64,000 nt of DNA from Octopus sinensis (Eukaryota): the NCBI RefSeq assembly GCF_006345805.1, contig NC_043014.1:8742001-8806000 (forward strand), written 5' to 3'. The notes under the pieces are model-generated. The model did no database searches and was not told the origin of the DNA. It was given only the letters and a program-made list of their open reading frames with translations. Both the position numbers and the translations under genes were made by a program. This document shows positions 1 to 12,787 of this stretch, one piece after another. The first letter of the stretch is position 1. Every line of letters begins with the position of its first letter.

Positions 1-596
1 TAGGAACTAGAGGAGAATATTATTCTTTGACCAGTAAACCGTTAATTTTGGCTGTTGTGAATCAGCTATGATTTTAAAGAGAATCTAAAGAGATAACACT
101 CAGGGGTTAGTGGGTCAGATGCTAAAATCACACCAGAAAATACATTAGGAAAACTAAGTATAATCTTATCAAAAGTCATTAAAATTTACTTATTTAATTT
201 ATTCATTTTATTGTCTTAGGAGTTGTCGTTATTATTCATACATTGACTGACTACAGGTCAAATCTTATATAAATATGATTATCTTCATTATGATAGACAA
301 TCCCCTAACACCTTGTAAATTGATCTTATAAGATTTGACCTGTAGTCAGTCAATGTATGAATAATAACGACAACTCCTTAAGACAATAAAATGAATAAAT
401 TAAATAAGTAATTTTTAATGACTTTTTGATAAGATTATACTTAGATTTTCCTAATGTTCTTTCTGGTGTTTTAGCATCTGACCCCTTAACCCCTGACTGT
501 GTTATCTCTTTAGATTCTCTTTAAACTCATAGCGATTTCAACAGCAATAAATAACGGTTTACTGGTCAAAGAATAATATTCTCCTCTAGTTCCTAG
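1..596. repeat. Long inverted repeat (arms ~1-269 and ~328-596, ~58-bp spacer), probably continuing beyond the window start
   Basis: taggaactagaggagaatattattc at 1 is the reverse complement of gaataatattctcctctagttccta at ~571-595; the arms align throughout with scattered indels. Confidence 0.9.
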
Positions 597-1380
597 ATGC
601 CTGTTGATTAAAACCAGACTTGCAGTCTACTAACTCTTCTGTAGAACTAGAACCTCTTTTTTTTCTTTGTCTTTTTTTTTTTCCCTTCTCTCCCTATTTC
701 TTTTTCTCTTTCTCTTTTTTCTTTTTTCTTTTTCTTCTTCTTATTCTCTGTTTCCTTTCTCTTCTCTTTTAGTCCCCCCTTCCCCCCCCCCTTTTTGCTC
801 CCTCCTCCATTATTTTCTCTCTCTTTTCTTCTATTCCCTCTCTATTCTTGGCCGCTCTAGAAAGCCCTTCAGCCTTTAAGAGTTAAATAGCTACAGCCTC
901 TTGTGAATAGCAGTAATGTGATTAATGTGGCAAATACCTAATCATATAACAAGGATTGATACTACCTCATTGTGTTCAACCATTGAAAAATTTATCGCCT
1001 GTGAATATGAAATTCATCTCCATTTCTCTGGAAATTTACATCTACACCATTGGGAATTTGTGCATCTATACAAAGGATTAATTCACCCTCTCTGTAATCT
1101 AATAAGCAGGAAATGAGACCCACCTCGTTGTAATTAACAATGGATAATTTGTCTTCTGTGAGTATATAATCCCTCATCATATCTATGGAATGCATATGGA
1201 TTAGGTCACCTTCTCTGTGATGCTATCAAAACTTTTTTAAAATTCTGTGATAGACTGTACATCATCTTTAATGAACTTTAATGAACTTTAGAAATCTGTT
1301 TATGTTACTTATTTATCTACATTACTTCATGAGTATAGCCTCACCTAGGATGTCAATAGGAAACTAGAGCACTCACTGTA

Positions 1381-1471
1381 TTTTAGCTGATGAGTACGGG
1401 ACTCGTTATATGCTGTAATCTTTGCAACTTTTAATAAAAAACCTGTCCTGTATTAAACGATCGTACTAAAA
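1381..1471 (+). ncRNA. Type I hammerhead ribozyme motif, degenerate (G12 to T), at a probable Penelope-like element terminus
   Basis: Stem I ttttag/ctaaaa; core CTGATGA 1387-1393; stem II gtacgggac/gtcctgtat; TAAAC in place of GAAAC; palindromic stem III ACGATCGT; GTA cleavage triplet; (TA)n follows at ~1503. Confidence 0.75.
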
Positions 1472-1960
1472 ACCTATCCATTCTTGTTGCTTCTTTCTCG
1501 CTTATATATATATAATATATATTAATATATATATATATATATATTATGAATTAGAAAAAAAACACCTTTTAGCAAATCAATAATGAAAAATAAATTATAC
1601 CATCTAGAAAATTACATATAATAGAAACATTAAATATAGAATAAAACAACGATGACTAAGTAATATGCAAAATAATAAATAAAACGTATATATTTGGCGT
1701 GGAGGTGAGATTGGACACGCCAGTAAGAATTTTAAGGCAGATTCCTGGGGCATATATATATATACACACACATACATATATACATACTGGTATACACAAA
1801 TACATATAATTATATACATATAGGCATACATATATATACACATATATACACTATACACACACACACACACATACATATATATAGAGAGTGAGAGCTACAT
1901 AAAACCATGAATTTATAGAATTGTATAGAAACAGTATATATATATGTATATATGTGTAAA

Positions 1961-2480
1961 TGCAGGAGTGGCAGTGTGGTGAGAAACATACTTCCCAACC
2001 ACATAGTTCCAGGTTCAGTCCCACTGCCTGGCACCTTGAGAAAGTGTCTTCTACTATAGCCTTGGGCCAACCAAAGCCCTGTGAGTGAATCTGAAAGAAG
2101 CCTGTTGTGTATATATTATATATATATATAATATATATATATAATATATATATATGTATGTATGTATGTATATATATATTTTATCTATGCACCCTTTTCA
2201 AGCCTAGCCAGACTCATGGGCCTGGTTTCCCAGTTTCTGTGGCATATGTGTTTCCCCTCAGCTGGATGGGATGCCAGTCCATTGCAGCGTTATTCAAGAA
2301 ACAGGAAGAAAGAGTGAGAGAAGGTTGGGTCGAAAGAGTACAACAGGGGTCGCCACCACCCCCTGCCAGTGCTTCGTGGAGCTTTAGGTGTTTTTGCTCA
2401 ATAAACACACATAACGCCCGGTCTGGGAATCAAAACTGCAATCCTCTGACTGCTGCCCTAACCACTGGGCCATTGCGCCT

Positions 2481-2541
<61 letters not shown>

Positions 2542-2778
2542 GATATATATATGTATATACACTTACATACGTGTGTGTGTCTGTGTTTGGCTCCCACTAT
2601 TGCTTGATAACCAATCTTGGTGTGTTTACATCCCTGTAACTTAGCAGTTCAGCAAAAGAAACCAATAGAATAAGTACTAGTCTTAAAAAAAAAGTTCTGG
2701 GGTCGATTTGTTTGACTAAAACCCTTCAAAGTGGTGCTCCAACATGACCACAGTCAAATGACTGAAACAAGTAAAAGA
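1961..2778 (+). mobile_element. tRNA-derived SINE, family A (A/B boxes, CORE-like ccttgggcaagtg, internal microsatellite), interrupted by a family C SINE
   Basis: Head ggagtggcagtgtggt...ggttcagtccc; 3' end cagtcaaatgactgaaacaagtaaaaga; more than ten related copies in the window. Confidence 0.85.
2187..2484 (-). mobile_element. tRNA-derived SINE, family C, nested in the family A microsatellite
   Basis: Reverse complement of the head gtggaggcgcaatggcccagtggttagggcag; body shared with copies at 26870, 50950 and 53411. Confidence 0.85.
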
Positions 2779-2837
2779 ATATATATATATGTTGGCGATT
2801 TTCTTTCTCCGTTTTCCCTTCTTTGGACTTTTTCTAT

Positions 2838-2872
2838 GTTTCTGATGAAGAGCTCCGCTCCAAACGTGAAAG
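2838..2872 (+). ncRNA. Minimal hammerhead motif (degenerate) within a ~180-bp PLE-like end fragment (2791-2972) between (TA)n tracts
   Basis: gttt-CTGATGA-a-gagc(tcc)gctc-CAAAC-GTG-aaag; G12 and the cleavage triplet are altered; related element at 14368. Confidence 0.6.
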
Positions 2873-2986
2873 CCTCTTTCTTTTCTTTCATTTCTTGAGC
2901 ATCCAATAACACAGTACTAGTTCCACATCCTCACATTGTTGTTTTTTCTTGCTTGTTCTTGTTTGGATTGACTATATATACATAAA

Positions 2987-3370
2987 TCTCTCTCTATATA
3001 AACGGCAGTTTGTCTGTCTGTGTGTCTGTGTGTCTGTTAGGTTGTACCCTCACCCTGACCACGGCTTTCAACCGATTCTGATGAAACTTGACACACACAT
3101 AGCCCAATGTCATAATTCAAAACTAACGCAGCGAAAATTTTGAAAAGTTCCCCCAGTTCTGAAAAAAATCGATAAATTCGACATGGGGTGCGAGAATCAG
3201 AAACCAAACCACAGACCGTCTAGGGGACGCAACTCCACCTTTTTTAACTCTCAAAAAAATTTACCATCATTTTTTTCCCATTTTTTTGCTATTTTTTGGC
3301 TATAACTCTCTAAAAATGCTTTATAGTTATTTCCCTTACAAACCTGAGCAACGCCGGGCGATACTGCTAG
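2987..3370 (+). mobile_element. Non-autonomous Helitron
   Basis: 5' TC...TATATA after an A, subterminal hairpin cctgagcaacgccggg, 3' CTAG followed by T; same 3' end at 18913 and 19591. Confidence 0.8.
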
Positions 3371-3390
3371 TATACATATAAATATATATA

Positions 3391-3745
3391 TACTCTTTTA
3401 CTTGTCTCAGTCATTTGACTGCGGCCAGTTATTCTGCGGACACTTATTCTTTGTAAGCCCAGTACTTATTCTATCGGTCTCTTTTGCCGAACCGCTAAGT
3501 GACGGGGGACATAAACACACCAGCATCGGTTGTCAAGCAATACTAGGGGGACAAACACAGACACACAAACATATATATACATATATACGACAGGCTTCTT
3601 TCAGTTTCCGTCTACCAAATCCACTCACAAGGCATTGGTCGGCCCGGGGCTATAGCAGAAGACACTTGCCCAAGATGCCACGCAGTGGGACTGAACCCGG
3701 AACCATGTGGTTGGTTTGCAAGCTACTTACCACACAGCCACTCCT
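3391..3745 (-). mobile_element. SINE family A
   Basis: Near full-length reverse-complement match to the other family A copies. Confidence 0.9.
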
Positions 3746-3917
3746 CGGAGTAAACACATAAATGTGAAACAAGGTGGAAAAAAGAGTACTCAAATACCAG
3801 AGTTAGAGTAATATGCTTTATTTAAAAACAGCAGAAATTCAACAAAACTGTCTGACGGACAGGAACGTAAAACTCCGAGTAACAGCTTTTGTTAGATTTC
3901 TGCTGCTTTTAAATAAA
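3746..3917. mobile_element. Fold-back PLE-like terminal fragment with a degenerate hammerhead (3848-3885, +)
   Basis: Inverted arms tttatttaaaaacagcagaaattcaacaaaactg / cagcttttgttagatttctgctgcttttaaataaa enclose ctgt-CTGACGG-ac(aggaac)gt-AAAAC-tccga-GTA-acag; second copy at 34070. Confidence 0.7.
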
Positions 3918-4627
3918 TTTTATATATATATATATATATATAAAATACAAAATGGGACAAGAACGCAAAACATCTGGACAGTTAGGTGATACAAAAAGGG
4001 ACAACAAAACATCCAGATAGACGATACAAAGAAAACATGGATGGATCATTCAAAGTTTTCTTTCCTCAGTCAAGTACCAGATTATCCTCGCAATTTCAGC
4101 TGATTATATGTAAGAATTAAACTAAAGCGTTAAGTTTGGCAGGATTTGAACTCGGAAAGTAAGGGGATGAAATAAAAGTATTATAAAGTGATTTAGTGCA
4201 GTGTTCTGCTGTTCTTGCCCTTCCCCTCATAATATCAATAACACACATATTACAAGCTACCTACACACACACACACACATTACAAAATACACACTACAAA
4301 CTACATCCATGCACACATATCTTATACACACACATTATGAACTACACATACACACATATTATACACTATACACATACATATTACAACTTACACATTACAT
4401 ACACACACAATTACAATCCACACATACACATTATGTGCTTATACACACATACAAACATACATTATATATTACACACATGCACACACACACACAAGCTCCA
4501 CATGACACACATCACATACCCCAAAACAACCCGAGTAAAAGGGTGTGAGAAGAGAATGGAAATGTCAAATAATTCTGAGGATTTGAAATGTTATTGAAGG
4601 TTGATGACAAATATATTTGCAATAACG

Positions 4628-5200
4628 TGTGTGTGTGCGTACGTATGTATGTATGTATGTGTGTCTGTGTATATATATGTATGTGTATGCATATGTATAT
4701 GTGTGTATGTATGTGTCTATGTATAGATGTTGAATCTATGCATGTGTGTGTATATGTATGTATGTGTGTCTGTGTATATATATGTATGTGTATGCATATG
4801 TATATGTGTGTATGTATGTGTCTATGTATAGATGTGTGAATCTATGCATGTGTGTGTATATGTATGTATGTGTGTCTGTGTATATATATGTATGTGTATG
4901 CATATGCATATGTGTGTATGTATGTGTCTATGTATAGATGTGTGAATCTATGCATGTGTGTCTGTATGTATGTTTATGTATGCATGTGTGAGTGTATGTG
5001 TATATATATATATATATGTATGTGTGTGTATGTATGTATCTATGTGTAGATGTGTGAATCTATGCGTGTATGTTTGTGTATATGTATGCATGTGTGTGAG
5101 TGTATGTATGTGTGTATATATGTACGTGTATGTATGTATGTATGTATATGTGTATATATGCATGTGTGTGTGTGTGTGGTGTGTATGTATGTATGTGTGT
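4628..5200. repeat. TG/TA-derived minisatellite with a ~88-bp higher-order unit
   Basis: Marker gaatctatgc recurs at ~4732, 4838, 4945 and 5056 within degenerate (TG)/(TA) sequence. Confidence 0.75.
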
Positions 5201-5255
5201 TACTGGTGTAATGTGTTATTGGAGTAACAAGTTAGTCGTATTATGCGTACTCCCA

Positions 5256-5622
5256 AAGGCAGTGAGCTGGCAGAAACGAGCTGGCAGGGCAAAATGCTTA
5301 GCGACATTTCATCTGTCGCTATGTTCTGAGTTCAAATTCCGCTGGGGTCGACTTTGCCTTTCATTCTTTCAGGGTCAATAAATTAAGTACCAGTTACGCA
5401 CTGGGGTCGATATAACCGACTTAATCCATTTGTCTGTCCTTGTTTGTCCTCTCTATGTTTAGCCCCTTGTGGGTAGTGAAGAAATAACTACATTCTGAGT
5501 TCAAATTCCGCTGAGGTTGACTTTGACTTTCATCCTTTCGGGGTCAATAAATTAAGTACCAGATAATTTAATCAACTGGACCCCTCCTGCAAAATTTCAG
5601 GCCTTGTGCCTAGAGTAGAAAA
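5256..5622 (+). mobile_element. SINE family B (tRNA-like head plus Meta/MESC-like domain), dimeric, with 18-bp TSD
   Basis: B box gagttcaaattcc; body gtcgactttgcctttcatcctttcggggtc; TSD tattatg(c/t)gtactcccaa at 5239-5256 and 5623-5640. Confidence 0.85.
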
Positions 5623-6149
5623 TATTATGTGTACTCCCAAGGTGATGTGCATATGTATGCATTACTGGAGTGTGTGTGTGTGTGGTAGTGTGTGCAGTTG
5701 GTGTAATGAGAGTGAATGCGTGTATGTCAGTGTTATTGGTGTAAAGTATGTGTGTGCACATGTATGCAAGTGTGTATGAGCACATGCACAAGAATCTGTG
5801 TATATGTGTATATTGACTCCTCATTACATAATTAAATGATTGTGGTCTATTTTACCAACTCTGACTCTGACTCCAGCTACCCCTTAATTATTTCCGACTC
5901 CTCCTTATGCAATTAAGAGATTGTGGTCTACATGTCTCATAAAGCATATGCATACGCTTGTACTTTGAGTAGGCCTATGTGTTATAACAGTTTTACCGAC
6001 GCCGATTCCAGCTACTCCTGAATTGTTTCCGATCTCGACTCCACACTCCTAGTAATCTGAATGTGAAAGGGTTAAAAAAGCTTAAAATCAAGGATTGTGT
6101 AAAAAAAGTCATGATTCTGGGTTCAGTCTCACTGAGTGGCACCTTGGAC

Positions 6150-6710
6150 AAAATTTTGGGGGAGGGGGCCAGTCGATCAAATCGACTCCAGTACGCAACT
6201 GGTACTTAATTTATTAACCCCGAAAGGAATTTGAGCTCAGAACGTAAAGACAGACGCAATACCCATTTCTTTACTACCCACAAGGGACTAAACACAGAGA
6301 GGACAAACAAGGACAGACAAATGGGTTAAGTCGATTACATCGACCCCAGTGGGTAACTGGTAGTTATTTAATCGACCCCGAAAGGATGAAAGGCAAAGTC
6401 GACCTCAGCGGAATTTGAACTCAGAACGAAACGGCAGATGAAATACCTCTAATTTGAACTCAGAATGTAGCGGCAGACGAAATACCTATTTCTTAACTAC
6501 CCACAAGGGGCTAAACACAGAGAGGACAAACAAGGACAGACAAACGGATTAAGTCGATTACATCGACCCCAGTGCGTAACTGGTACTTAATTTATCGACC
6601 CCAAAAGGATGAAAGGCAAAGTCGACCTCAGCGGAATTTGAACTCAGAACGAAACGGCAGATGAAATACCTCTAAGCATTTTGACCATCGTGCTAACGTT
6701 TCTGCCATCT
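6150..6710 (-). mobile_element. SINE family B tandem array
   Basis: One head at the right end followed by repeated body/tail units. Confidence 0.85.
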
Positions 6711-7105
6711 GCACCTACACAAACTATATAAAATTACAAATATAGAATTAAATACACACACACACACACAAATGATTAAAACGAAAGAGACTAGTGTATA
6801 TAAATTAGCCTTGTTTTTTTTATTTTTTTGCGGGATCCCCACCTCCATCCTCTTTCAGATTTCTCGGAAACCACTGGTTGGGGAAATGTAGCTCTCTATC
6901 CAATTGTCCGTTTCGTTGCCATTCTCATTATTTCATAGAACACACTCATTTACTCGCAGCCTATCTGTCGAAATCAACCGAGAATAATCTTTTACCATAT
7001 GATTTGTCAAACAATGGCGCCCAAGAGACTCGGCCAGGGCAGCGAGGTAATAATTAAGCACCATTACAATAATCACAACAACAACAACACCACCACCACC
7101 ACCAC

Positions 7106-7145
<40 letters not shown>

Positions 7146-7343
7146 AACGATAATTAATGATTCTGAAACCACCACTGGAAATGACAACACGAAAACTTGT
7201 GGAACTAAAATACCATGTTTACATGTAACAACAACCACTACCACCTTTTCTGCTGCTGCTGCTGCTACTACTACTACTACTACAGCTATTACTACCACTA
7301 CTGCTACTACTACTACTACTGCTACTACTACTACTACTACTGA

Positions 7344-7375
<32 letters not shown>

Positions 7376-7845
7376 TGGCGCCGAATCAAATGTGAAGCCT
7401 GTTTGTGGTCGCTGGCAGTGGTAGAAATAACAGCCAAATCTACAAATAACATTCTACTGTATAAACACACACACACTCGATAATATTGTCCCTGTGTATG
7501 AAAAATAAAAAGGCAAGATGGCCACAGCTGGAATGTCTATCGATTATAGGTCTGTTCAGAAATTTCTGGTGGGGGTTAAACAACAACAACAACAACAACA
7601 CAGATATGATGACTTAGATAGAGAATGGTTGCATTTGAGACAGTCCTTGGGCAGGCTTGCTCCCTTAACAGGCTTATAGAGCAGACCCAAAAGTGGTCCC
7701 CGCCCGACACACGGAAAGCACTGCTGATGGTGGACTGCTCCAATGGCCCTCACTAGCTACACGAAAGACAGATACATAATTAACCACTATGCTTCCTAAC
7801 CCCACATTCACTTCGGTCATCAAACTAAGGTAAAGACCCCGCCTT

Positions 7846-8142
7846 CAGTCATGAATGACCATGGGACTGTGCCTAGAAAGTTCCCGTCCGAGGTAGGAGT
7901 CCAAGCAAGGTTGTTAGTGGAAGACCGGCAGTCACCCATGCATAGCGGCCTCTTCTCTCCATGTCATCGATGTTCTCTAAGGGAGAGGCAAAGGGGCCGA
8001 TACAGCTTGGCACCAGTGGCGTTTGCAATTCATTGCTATGGTTGAGTGAACTGGAGCAACACAACACACAGCCTGGTCCAGGAATCGATCTCATTACCTC
8101 ATTCTGTGAGCCCAATGCTCTAAACACTGAGCCATGCACTTT
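7846..8142 (-). mobile_element. tRNA-derived SINE, family D (V/CORE-like body)
   Basis: Reverse complement resembles 38596-38901 in head, ttgctccagttcactc body and tail. Confidence 0.7.
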
Positions 8143-8197
8143 CACACACACACACACACACACATAAAGGGGGTCCACTTCGGTCATAAATGAGCAT

Positions 8198-8606
8198 AGG
8201 TGCAGGAGTGGCTGTGTGCTAAGTAGCTTGCTTACCAACCACATGGTTCCGGGTTCATTTCCACAGCGTGATACCTTGGGCAAGTGTCTTCTACTATAGC
8301 CTCGGCCCGACCAAAGCCTTGTGAGTGGATTTAGTAGATGGAAACTGAAAGAAGCCCATTGTATATATGTATATGTATATATATATGTGTGTGTATGTTT
8401 GTATGTCTGTGTTTGTCCCCCAACATCGCTTGACAACTAATGCTGGTATGTTTACGTCCCTGTAACTTAGCGGTTTGGCAAAAGAGACCGATAGAATAAG
8501 TACTAGGCTTACAAAGAATAAGTCCTGGGGTCGATTTGCTCGACTAAAGGCGGTGCTCCAGCATGGCCGTAGTCAAATGACTGAAACAAGTAAAAGAGTA
8601 AAGAGT
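8198..8606 (+). mobile_element. SINE family A, full length
   Basis: Runs from the head to the gtaaaagagtaaagagta tail. Confidence 0.9.
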
Positions 8607-8670
8607 ACGGGACTGCATCTAGAAAGTTCCCCTCCGAGTTACAAGTCCGGGCAAAGTTTATGGAAGACCA

Positions 8671-9285
8671 GTGGAATTTGAACTCAGAACGTAACGGCAG
8701 ACGACATACCTATTTCTTTACTACCCACAAGGGGCTAAACACAGAGAGGACAAACAAGGACAGACAAACGGATTAAGTCGATTATATCGACCCCAGTGTG
8801 TAACTGGTACTTAATTTATCGACCCCGAAAGGATGAAAGGCAAAGTCGACCTCGGTGGAATTTGAACTCAGAACGTAGCGGCAGACGAAATACCTATTTC
8901 TTTATTACCCACAAGGGGCTAAACATAGAGGGGAGAAACAAGGACAGACAAACGGATTAAGTCGATTATATCAACCCCAGTGTGTAACTGGTACTTAATT
9001 TATCGACCCCGAAAGGATGAAAGGCAAAGTCGACCTCGGTGGAATTTGAACTCAGAACGTAGCGGCAGACGAAATACCTATTTCTTTATTACCCACAAGG
9101 GGCTAAACATAGAGGGGAGAAACAAGGACAGACAAAGGGATTAAGTTCGACTACATCGACCCCAGTGCGTATTTATCGGCACTGAAAGGATGAAAGACGG
9201 AATTTGAACTCAGAACATAGCGGCAGACGAAATACGGCTACACATTTCGCCCGGCGTGCTAACGATTCTGCCAGCTCGCTGCCTT
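8671..9285 (-). mobile_element. SINE family B tandem array (three units, 184-bp period)
   Basis: tatttcttta recurs at 8711, 8895 and 9079; a single head ends at 9285. Confidence 0.9.
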
Positions 9286-10298
9286 CATCATCCATTAATT
9301 ACCATCAATTCCATGTATGCTAAACTTCACCATCACCACCACCATCATCATCATCATCAACAATACCAGCAGCATTACCCACATCTGTTTTTAGTTCACT
9401 TGATGCTATTACCCCCCACCCCCACCCAAAAAAAAAAACACCCAGCTACCTCACAGTCACACACAAACAAGAATTGCTTTTGGAAAATGTCGAATGAATA
9501 GGGAAAGCTAACTTGATATTTACATACACTCACAAGCTTCTACGGGATTTCATTCAATGCTATTATTCTTATCATTACGAATATCACACAAAAAAAATCA
9601 CATTATTACTAATATTATTATTATTATTTATTATTATTATTTTTTATTATTATTATCATCATTATTGTTATTATTATTGTTATTATTATTATCTGTCTTT
9701 GTATTATATTATCCCCCCTCATCCTTCGCTCCGGTGGCAGAAGTCATTATTATTTCTGCCTGCTGCTGTTTAGACTATGGAACAAAATGTTGCGCAAGTA
9801 ACCCTCAGCCCAAAACTCGGCAGTTGTTAAAAACTGAAATTACCGACCTACCTACTTACTAGCAAAAAAAAAAAAAAAAAAAAAAAAAATCAGATAAAAA
9901 TAAAATTTAAAAAAAAAACAAAGATACACAAAAGAATTGGCACCGAGAAAATGCCAAACCTTTGTCTAAGTTCTCATTTCGTACAAGGACTGAATTAGCT
10001 TGGAAACACCGTTTATTATTATTATTATTATTATTACATTGTTTTATAAGTTTTATTTTATGAGTTTTTTGACATCAAATTATTGTTGTGTGAGCGTTGT
10101 GGTGCAGAGGAAAGTAGGTTAGCAACAGAGTGGCGGACTAAATAAAGATGGTACACAGGGAACGGGGCAGGGGGGGGGACGACAAAGAATGTTATTAAAA
10201 TATCTGAAAACTGCTGTTGGCTGGACTTATTAGAACAGATAACATGTTGAATGTCTGACGTGTTGAAAGAGACTCCAAATGTGACATTCCAATATATA

Positions 10299-10367
<69 letters not shown>

Positions 10368-10378
10368 GCATGTATGTA

Positions 10379-10762
10379 TACTCTTTTACTTGTTTCAGTC
10401 ATTTGACTGCGGCCATGCTGGAGCACCGCCTTTAGTCGAGCAACTCGACCCCGGGACTTATTCTTTTGTAAGCCCAGTATTTATTCTATCGGTTTCTTTT
10501 GCTGAGCCAAACCGCTAAGTAATGGGGACATAAACACACCAGCATCGGTTGTCAAGCGATGCTAGGAGGACAAACACAGACACACAAACATACACATATA
10601 AACGATGGGCTTCTTTCAGTTTCCGTCTACCAAATCCACTCACAAGGCTTTGGTCGGCCCAAGGCTATAGTAGACACTTGCCCAAGATGCCACGCAGTGG
10701 GACGGAACCCGGAACCATGTGGTTGGTATGCAAGCGACTTACCACACAGCCACTCCTGCGCC

Positions 10763-10763
<1 letters not shown>
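10379..10763 (-). mobile_element. SINE family A, full length
   Basis: Reverse-complement match to the family. Confidence 0.9.
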
Positions 10764-10805
<42 letters not shown>

Positions 10806-11111
10806 CTGTTTGTGTTCGTCCTTCCCCACACCTTGACAACCAGTGTTGGTTTGTTTAAAAACTCTTCAAGGTGGTGCCCCAGCATGGCCACAGTTCAAAG
10901 ACTGAAACAAGTAAAAGATACAAAATAGGATTATGTAGCCTCAAGAAAACTATCTCTGAAAAAGAGGCTGATTAGGGCTAGAACCCCTTTTAACCATGGG
11001 TTTTCTGTTCGCTGGATTTGGACTGACGTAGGGCTTATTAAGATCTACTAAAAGCCTAATTTCTCTTAACCTAAATTAAGGTCCAGTGTAATGATAATAA
11101 CAAGGTTTTCA

Positions 11112-11542
11112 AACGTAAGGACGGACAAAATACCTATTTCTTTACTACCCACAAGGGGCTAAACACAGAGAGGACAGACAAACGGATTAAGTCGATTATA
11201 TTGACCCCAGTGCATAACTGGTACTTAATTTAATCGACCCCGAAAGGCTGAAAGGCAAAGTCGACCTCGGCGGAATTTGAACTCAGAACATAGCGGCAGA
11301 CGAAATACATATTTCTTTACTACCCACAAGGGGCTAAACACAGAGGGGACAAACAAGGACATACAAACGGATTAAGTCGATTATATCGACCCCAGTGCGT
11401 AACTGATACTTATTTAATCAACCCCGAAAGGCTGAAAGGCAAAGTCGACCTCGGCGGAATTTGAACTCAGAACGTAGCAGTGGACGAAATACAGCTACGC
11501 ATTTTGCCCGGCGTGCTAACGGTTCTGCCAGCTCGCCGCCTT
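11112..11542 (-). mobile_element. SINE family B array (two units plus a stub)
   Basis: Head aaggcggcgagctggcagaa at the right end, repeated units to the left. Confidence 0.9.
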
Positions 11543-12421
11543 GATAATATTTAAAGGCAATTAAATTCATTTTGTATTAGATAGAGTCAATAAGTGAACA
11601 ACAGAATAAGTCTAATGTGAAGAGAAAATAGAATTAAAAATAGAATTACAACAAACAGAAGATAATTTCGCGTTTATATATTTGCACAGTAAGCAATGTG
11701 TGAATAAGTGATAAAGAAAATAATGTTTTAACCTCCCATGAAATAGTTCTCGGCTGAATACAGCAAAATAGCTGTTGGAATCTCGTGTACGGATACTACA
11801 AAAAGTATGAGTAAAACGTTTCATCAAGAAACTGGAGTATCAAAAGTATGAAATAGTAAATTAAAATAAAATCTCGTATCAAATCGGCAGTTACATCTGG
11901 TGACGGACTGGCCAGGTTGCCAGCGGGCCCGATGGCAAGTGGGCCCCTGCGCCACTAGAATCCATATATGGGGGGCTCATGTTAGTATCTAAGGGGCACA
12001 TCCCCTCAAGTTTGAGAATTTTTGTATTCACTCCTGGAAGAATGCTGCAATGGACTGGCGCCACGTCCAGCTGGGGGGGAACACATACTCCACAGAAACC
12101 GGGACCATGAGCTTGGCTTGGCTTTAAAAGGGCGTCGTTTATCATTTTATATGTAGTTGTGAACCATTCTTTAAATATTGGTCATCCAATGATGAGAACT
12201 TCTATACAGGGCATTAGACGCTTGCCAAGAAGAAACTCAAGACATAAGGCAGAACCTAAGTTGCTTTATTTACCTTGTATCTATATGACCACATGCGACA
12301 AAATAGGTTCAGAGACATTGGAAACGCTATTTGTACGTTCTATGCAGTATCTTGTCATATAAATGTCGTCACTTCCGGTTTCAATCACAATTTACTTTCA
12401 CTTTTGTGCGACTAACCTGCA

Positions 12422-12787
12422 TACTTTTTTACTTGTTTCAGTCATTTGACTGTGGCCATGCTGGAGCACTGCCATTCAGTCGAGCAAATCGACCCCGGGA
12501 CTTATTCTTTGTAAGCCTAGTACTTATTCTATCGGTCTCTTTTGCCGAACCGCTAAGTTACGGGGATGTAAACACACCAGCATGGTTGTTAAGCGATGTT
12601 GGGGGACAAACACACATATATATGCATATACATATATGACAGGCTTCTTTCAGTTTCCATCCACTAAATCCACTCACAAGGCTTTGATCGGCCCGAGGCT
12701 ATAGTAGAGGACACTTGCCCAAGGTGCCATGCAGTGGGACTGAACCTGGAACCATGTGGTTCGTAAGCAAGCTACTTACCACACAGC
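12422..12787 (-). mobile_element. SINE family A
   Basis: Reverse-complement match to the family. Confidence 0.9.

Noticed and set aside
3076-3092. CTGATGAAAC hammerhead-like string
   Set aside because: There is no stem II or flanking stem I; it is part of the ccgattctgatgaaacttg segment inside the Helitron.
8671-9285. Regular ~184-bp repeats resembling a CRISPR array or tRNA gene cluster
   Set aside because: There are no unique spacers and no cas genes, the context is eukaryotic, and the units are SINE bodies without a full cloverleaf.
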